Shown here piece after piece: positions 35,525-40,357 of a stretch of 40,357 nucleotides of DNA (positions are counted from its first letter, which is position 1; every line of letters begins with the position of its first letter). Below the pieces are notes generated by a model. That model worked only from the letters and a program-made list of their open reading frames with translations. It was not told the DNA's origin and searched no databases. Origin of the DNA: Nitrosopumilales archaeon (lineage in GTDB: Archaea; Thermoproteota; Nitrososphaeria; Nitrososphaerales; Nitrosopumilaceae); the NCBI GenBank assembly GCA_025350175.1, contig JANXYF010000070.1, positions 1 through 40,357 on the forward strand, read 5' to 3'. The translations under genes were made by a program, and so were the position numbers.

Positions 35525-35589
35525 AGTAGGGTCAGAAATCCATTAGTTTAATCACAAATCATACAGCCACCGTCTCCTCATTCCCCACT
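35525..35589 (-). ncRNA. Candidate archaeal box C/D methylation-guide sRNA
   Basis: 5'-AGUGGGG-A-AUGAGGA(C)-GACGGUGGCUGU-AUGA(D')-UUU-GUGAUUA(C')-AACUAAUGGAUUU-CUGA(D)-CCCUACU-3'; 12/13-nt guides and a 7-bp terminal stem. Confidence 0.75.
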
Positions 35590-36082
35590 AACTCATAGAA
35601 CTCATTATGGATCTAGCTCTATTTCTTACCTCCTCTGTTACATTCACTATGACCAACCCTTCATTTGGCTGACCATACAAAATTACAGAGTTGCTTGGCG
35701 CATGTACTGCAACTGGAAGTACAAGCAAGTCCTCCTCTCCAGATACAATAATTCTTACTGGAGGTGCCATACCAAATGCTTTTTTAATTAAAGATATACT
35801 TTCTGGGGTTATTTCCGCAGCAGGATTTGTACAGGTAAGAATCGTCTCTGCTTTCCCCTCTGGTAAATTCCGCTTGCTCCTTTTTTCTACAGAATCCACA
35901 ATCTGCAATGAGGGATTAAAGCCAAACTTTATCATTTTTTCTGTAGTGGCATCACCTACAGTAATTATAAAAGATCCTAATGGAATGTTTTTTGAAATAT
36001 TTATTCTAGTGGCATCAGAGTCTAGCAGTAAAATGCCAAGTGGTTTTTTTAATTGGTCACGTAAATTTTCAGGCAGACGCAC
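35588..36082 (-). CDS. GTP-dependent dephospho-CoA kinase (DUF359)
   Basis: LKKPLG, TVGDATT, NPAAEIT, GEEDLLVLP, YGQPNEGLV. Confidence 0.92.
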   Translation of the reverse strand: MRLPENLRDQLKKPLGILLLDSDATRINISKNIPLGSFIITVGDATTEKMIKFGFNPSLQIVDSVEKRSKRNLPEGKAETILTCTNPAAEITPESISLIKKAFGMAPPVRIIVSGEEDLLVLPVAVHAPSNSVILYGQPNEGLVIVNVTEEVRNRARSIMSSMS

Positions 36083-36107
36083 AACTTTCTTTTGTTTTCA
36101 ACTATTT

Positions 36108-37190
36108 TTATGTAGCTGCTTCTGCCTTTAGTTCTTCACTTAGCTGAGATGCAAGTACACTGCACTTGGCAGCCACATTCTTTGCCACAATCATAAAAGA
36201 TTGAGACATGGTAGAGTTGGGGTCAGTTACAAGTACAGGTTTTCCACTGTCAGAGCCCTCCATTATACCAGGATTTAGTGGAATCTCTCCCAAGAATGCA
36301 AGATTATGCGTTTCACTCATTCTTTTTGCCCCCTCTTTTCCAAAGATGTAATGCTTTTCAGTACATTTTGGACATATGAAATAACTCATGTTTTCTATCA
36401 CACCCATGATTGGTATGTTTAATTTTTGGAACATGCCAAATGCCTTGACTGCAATATTGCTTGCAACTTCTTGTGGAGTTGTAACAACAACTATTCCAGT
36501 GATAGGTATAGTCTGTGCAAGTGTCAGTGGAATATCCCCAGTTCCTGGCGGTAAATCCACTATAAGATAATCAAGATCAGTCCAGTTGGTATCAACTAGA
36601 AATTGTTTTAAGATTCCAGAAATAATAGGACCGCGATATATTGCAGCCTGATGTGCCTGCTCTGCAAAAAAGCCAAATGATACAACTTTGATTCCATGTG
36701 ATTCGGCCGGTTGTAATTTATTATTGTCAACGTCCATAGAAGCCTTACCCATTCCAAGCATTAGCGGCACACTAGGTCCATAGATATCAGCGTCAAGTAA
36801 TCCAACCTTTGCACCAGTCTGTGCCAATGCAAGTGCCAAGTTAACAGATACGGTGGTTTTTCCTACTCCACCTTTACCACTTGCAACACCGATGATATTT
36901 TTTACAGTGGGTAACATTTGATCTACACTAAGAGATCTTCCCTCCATGACTTTGGCAGTAACTTTGAGATCAAGTTTTGAAACTTCTTTTATTGTAGCAA
37001 TTGCATTTCGTACATCTTGTTCTATTTCATCATTGAATGGACAAGCAGGAGTAGTAAGTTCAAGTGTAAATTTCAGATCATTTCCGTTTATCTCAATGTC
37101 TTTTATCATACCCATTGAGACTATACTCTTTTTGAGATCTGGGTCAATTACTGTACTAAGAGTAGTAAGAACTTGATCGACAGAGACCAT
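36108..37190 (-). CDS. mrp: Mrp/NBP35 (ApbC) Fe-S cluster carrier ATPase with an N-terminal DUF59 domain
   Basis: DPDL, LTTPACP, SGKGGVGKTT, DADIYGPS, DLPPGTGD, ENMS...CPKC. Confidence 0.95.
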   Translation of the reverse strand: MVSVDQVLTTLSTVIDPDLKKSIVSMGMIKDIEINGNDLKFTLELTTPACPFNDEIEQDVRNAIATIKEVSKLDLKVTAKVMEGRSLSVDQMLPTVKNIIGVASGKGGVGKTTVSVNLALALAQTGAKVGLLDADIYGPSVPLMLGMGKASMDVDNNKLQPAESHGIKVVSFGFFAEQAHQAAIYRGPIISGILKQFLVDTNWTDLDYLIVDLPPGTGDIPLTLAQTIPITGIVVVTTPQEVASNIAVKAFGMFQKLNIPIMGVIENMSYFICPKCTEKHYIFGKEGAKRMSETHNLAFLGEIPLNPGIMEGSDSGKPVLVTDPNSTMSQSFMIVAKNVAAKCSVLASQLSEELKAEAAT

Positions 37191-37278
37191 AAAGTAAAAA
37201 ATCATGAATGCGATATTTAAACATAGGCAAAAATCATATCCAAAGATTCATAAATTCACATTTTATGTAATTTTTTGA

Positions 37279-37917
37279 TTGTTTTCTATATCAACACTTA
37301 CTGATGTAGTTAGGATACCGCCTAAACTATTTGGAGAATCGCTAAAAAAAGCAGCTATTACAATTTTAAGAGAAAAATATGAGAGTATGATAAATCCGGA
37401 ACTTGGCTATGTTATCATGATACTTGAAACCAAGGTAGAAAAAATGGGCAAGGTAATTGCCGGAGACGGAGGAACATATCACAGAGTAGAATTTACAGCA
37501 TTAACATTTTCACCAAAACTCCAAGAAATTGTCCGCGGAGAAATTGTTGAGATTACAGACTTTGGAGCATTTGTCAGAATTGGTGCAACAGATGCATTGT
37601 TACACTTGTCACAAATTATGGATGACTATCTCAAAAGTGATGTCAAGTCTGGCATGATCCTTGCAAACCAAAGTGGAAGAACAATGAAGATTGGAACTAC
37701 ACTCCGTGCAAGAATTACTGCAGTGTCAATTGGTAAGACAGCAGCTATGAAAGTTGGAATTACATGTAGACAGCCATTCTTGGGTGCAGATGAATGGATT
37801 GAAGAGGAAATAAAGAAAGCAAAAGCACCAGCAGCTGTTGCAAAGACACCGTCTTCTACAAAGACACCAGCAGCCCCAGCTACAGACAAGGCCAAAAAGA
37901 CAGCGGAGAAAAAGTGA
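37279..37917 (+). CDS. rpo7: RNA polymerase subunit Rpo7 (RpoE')
   Basis: VRIPP..FG, GDGGTY, FGAFVRIG..DALLH.SQI.DD, RQPFLG..EWI. Confidence 0.95.
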   Translation: MFSISTLTDVVRIPPKLFGESLKKAAITILREKYESMINPELGYVIMILETKVEKMGKVIAGDGGTYHRVEFTALTFSPKLQEIVRGEIVEITDFGAFVRIGATDALLHLSQIMDDYLKSDVKSGMILANQSGRTMKIGTTLRARITAVSIGKTAAMKVGITCRQPFLGADEWIEEEIKKAKAPAAVAKTPSSTKTPAAPATDKAKKTAEKK

Positions 37918-37923
37918 TAAGAA

Positions 37924-38112
37924 TTGGTTAGAGAGTTGGCATGTCGCAAATGTAAATTTGTAACAGTAGGTAAAGTTTGTCCAATATGCAAATCATCTGA
38001 TTTGAGTCCTGACTGGAGCAGTTCAGTCCTTGTTGTAGACCCAACAAATTCTGTTGTTGCCAAATCTTTAGGAATTAAAGAAAAAGGCAAGTATGCACTA
38101 AAGGTAACCTAG
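37924..38112 (+). CDS. spt4: Transcription elongation factor Spt4 (RpoE'')
   Basis: ACRKC...CPIC....S.DW...DP..S.VAK.LGI...GKYALKV. Confidence 0.95.
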   Translation: MVRELACRKCKFVTVGKVCPICKSSDLSPDWSSSVLVVDPTNSVVAKSLGIKEKGKYALKVT

Positions 38113-38113
38113 G

Positions 38114-38941
38114 TTGCAAAAAAGTGCAAAAAAATATCTAGAAAGTTTTCTTGCCGAGGATATTAAAAGTGGAGATATTACTAGTAAATTACTTCCAAGA
38201 AAGAAAATTATTGCAAACATAATATCTCGTGAGAATGGAATAGTGGCAGGCGTCCAATATGCAAAAGAGATCTTCCAATCAAGAAATTGCAAAGTTACAG
38301 TACATAGAAAAGATGGCCAGTCGGTTGTACCAAACCAAAAGATAATCACAATCTCTGGCGATGTATATCCAGTACTCTCGTGTGAGAGAACTGCACTAAA
38401 TCTAATGTCAAGGATGAGTGGAATTGCCACCCAAGTTAACGCATATGCAAAAAAGATTCGTGCCGCAAACCCCAAAGTTGGACTCTACTCAACAAGAAAG
38501 ACTGCTCCAGGTCTTAGAATATTTGACAAGGACGCCGTAGTGATTGGAGGAGGTCACAGACATAGAATGTCCCTTGATCAGATGGTCATGATAAAGGACA
38601 ATCACATTGCAGCATCAGACTCGCTTTTAGATTTGATAAGGCGTGCAAAACAAAAACACAAGAAAATCGAGGTCGAAGTAGAAAGCTTGCATCATGCAGT
38701 GATGGCAGCAAGAGAAGGTGTGGACATAATCATGCTTGACAACATGACACCTGCACAGATTAAAAACATAATAAAAAAATTAAAGCAACTCAACTTACGA
38801 AATAAGGTAAGGATTGAAGCATCTGGTGGAATAAACCATTCAAATGTAATACAATATGCAAGATCAGGGGCAGACATGATATCTATTGGGAGACTGACAA
38901 GTTCAGTCGCAGGCCTTGATCTGAGTCTTGAAGTTAATTGA
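38114..38941 (+). CDS. nadC: Nicotinate-nucleotide diphosphorylase (quinolinate phosphoribosyltransferase)
   Basis: ED...GDIT, ERTALN, TRKTAPG, HRMSL...IKDNH, EVEVE, MLDN, EASGGI. Confidence 0.96.
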   Translation: MQKSAKKYLESFLAEDIKSGDITSKLLPRKKIIANIISRENGIVAGVQYAKEIFQSRNCKVTVHRKDGQSVVPNQKIITISGDVYPVLSCERTALNLMSRMSGIATQVNAYAKKIRAANPKVGLYSTRKTAPGLRIFDKDAVVIGGGHRHRMSLDQMVMIKDNHIAASDSLLDLIRRAKQKHKKIEVEVESLHHAVMAAREGVDIIMLDNMTPAQIKNIIKKLKQLNLRNKVRIEASGGINHSNVIQYARSGADMISIGRLTSSVAGLDLSLEVN

Positions 38942-39890
38942 TTGCAAGCATGCGCTCAATTGCAACCTGGGCTTTGGTTGCAATATTCTTCGGAACCTTT
39001 ACCTGATACTTTTCTTCTTTTAATGACGCATGCACCTTATCGAGTGTTATCATCTTCATGTACTTGCATACAGCATTTTCAGACATTGGAATGAATTCCT
39101 TATCAGGATTGAGTTTTTTCATTCGGTACAATATACCAGTCTCTGTAGCCACAACAAATTGTTTTGATGTCGAGTTTTTTGCATGGTTCATCATTCCTTC
39201 TGTAGACAATACCTGGACTTGTCTTGAACCATAGTCCCCTGATGCAATATCGTACATTACTGCAGATGTACAACTACATTCTGGATGAACTAAAAATTCT
39301 GCATTTGCATATTCGTTGAGTTTTTGTTGAACATCCTGTGATCTTATTCCAGCATGAACATGGCATTCTCCTGCCCAGATGAACATGTTATTTCTGTTTG
39401 TCATCTTGGCAACATAAGAGCCCAAGAACATGTCAGGTAAGAACAAGACCTCCTTGTCTTCAGGAATTGATTTTACAACATTTACAGCATTGGACGAAGT
39501 GCAACAATAATCAAGTTCTGCCTTTACTTCTGCAGATGTATTTACATAGCCTACTGTAATTGCTCCTGGATGTTCTGATTTCCATTTTCTCAACTCTTCC
39601 GCGTTTATTGTCTCAGCCAAAGAGCATCCTGCCCCAAGGTCTGGAATCAAGACCTTTTTGTCAGGACAAGTTATTGCCGCAGTCTCTGCCATGAAATGAA
39701 CTCCGCAAAATAGAATTGTTTTGTAGTCAGTGTTTGCAGCTTGTCTTGAGAGACCTAACGAGTCTCCCACGTAATCCGCTATGTCCTGTACTTCAGGTAA
39801 TTGATAATTATGAGCAAGAATGAGAACATCCTTTTCTTTTTTGAGTTTCAGTATCTCAGATTTGATATCCATTGCAGAATAGGGTAGCAT
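38934..39890 (-). CDS. nadA: Quinolinate synthase
   Basis: ILAHNYQ, GDSL.L, CGVHFMAE, AGCSLA, YVNTSA, HPEC, C.YMK. Confidence 0.97.
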   Translation of the reverse strand: MLPYSAMDIKSEILKLKKEKDVLILAHNYQLPEVQDIADYVGDSLGLSRQAANTDYKTILFCGVHFMAETAAITCPDKKVLIPDLGAGCSLAETINAEELRKWKSEHPGAITVGYVNTSAEVKAELDYCCTSSNAVNVVKSIPEDKEVLFLPDMFLGSYVAKMTNRNNMFIWAGECHVHAGIRSQDVQQKLNEYANAEFLVHPECSCTSAVMYDIASGDYGSRQVQVLSTEGMMNHAKNSTSKQFVVATETGILYRMKKLNPDKEFIPMSENAVCKYMKMITLDKVHASLKEEKYQVKVPKNIATKAQVAIERMLAIN

Positions 39891-39963
39891 TGATTCGTCT
39901 TTAAAGGGTCATGATATTGACAAATTTATTGCCATGCGGAACAATCGTGGCAAAATTTACCAT

Positions 39964-40357
39964 TTATGCTCCTACATTTAGCGTAGTGCCACAGATCTTT
40001 CGGAGGCACTCTATTGCAGACAAGGTAGCAAGTCTGCTTGTCTTGGGGTTACTTGGACTGGGTACATTTTCCACCTTAACTGAGAATTTGCCAAACTTTC
40101 CTTGAGCTTGTATCTCATGAGTGTTCTTGTCAGTAGCAGGGTCTGCAACTATTCTCACCCTAGTCTTTTCACTGCCAATTCCTGCAAGGCTTAGAAGTGC
40201 AGCCACATTGATGTTTGCAGGAAATAATCGTACTGCGTCTTGCGCATTTCCTTCATATATCGTAGTGATTGTCTTTATGTCATCAAGATTAATTGTGGAT
40301 GTTTCAAAGAATTTTGCACCCTTCAATGCTTTTGGATTTTTTGTCGTTACAAGAACC
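39964..40357 (-). CDS. nadX: L-aspartate dehydrogenase, C-terminal part (gene runs off the window edge)
   Basis: YEGNA.DAV..FPANINVAA.LSLAG, ADP....N.HEI, PSPSNPKTSRLA..S; adjacent to nadA. Confidence 0.93.
   Translation of the reverse strand, partial: VLVTTKNPKALKGAKFFETSTINLDDIKTITTIYEGNAQDAVRLFPANINVAALLSLAGIGSEKTRVRIVADPATDKNTHEIQAQGKFGKFSVKVENVPSPSNPKTSRLATLSAIECLRKICGTTLNVGA

Noticed and set aside
1-40357. CRISPR array, tRNA/rRNA genes, IS elements, integrase, reverse transcriptase
   Set aside because: No regularly spaced repeat-spacer array, no GC-rich cloverleaf or rRNA-like stretch, and no transposase, integrase or RT motifs seen in any ORF.

Overview
AT-rich archaeal chromosomal DNA. 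The gene set (thaumarchaeosortase, SMC, Dpo4, Alba, tandem blue-copper protein, aSelBL, NadX/NadA/NadC, Rpo7-Spt4) points to an ammonia-oxidising archaeon (Nitrososphaerota; Nitrosotalea-like is a guess). Most of the window is housekeeping. I saw no tRNA, rRNA, CRISPR array, transposase or integrase. The most notable items are: (1) an operon of a RAM/AsnC domain, a truncated CysRS paralogue with a remodelled Zn site and a GNAT acetyltransferase, about 1 kb from inositol-3-phosphate synthase, which resembles the MshC/MshD/Ino1 logic of mycothiol synthesis; (2) two divergent paralogous small membrane peptides with variable two-Cys loops, lying in an inverted duplication whose perfect 30-bp inner ends bound a 540-bp spacer; (3) a secreted repeat protein inserted between oppD and oppF; (4) an unannotated box C/D sRNA candidate; (5) several small ORFs missed by the ORF track, frameshifted remnants and operator-like repeat arrays. 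All functional calls come from motif recognition by eye; no database search was run.
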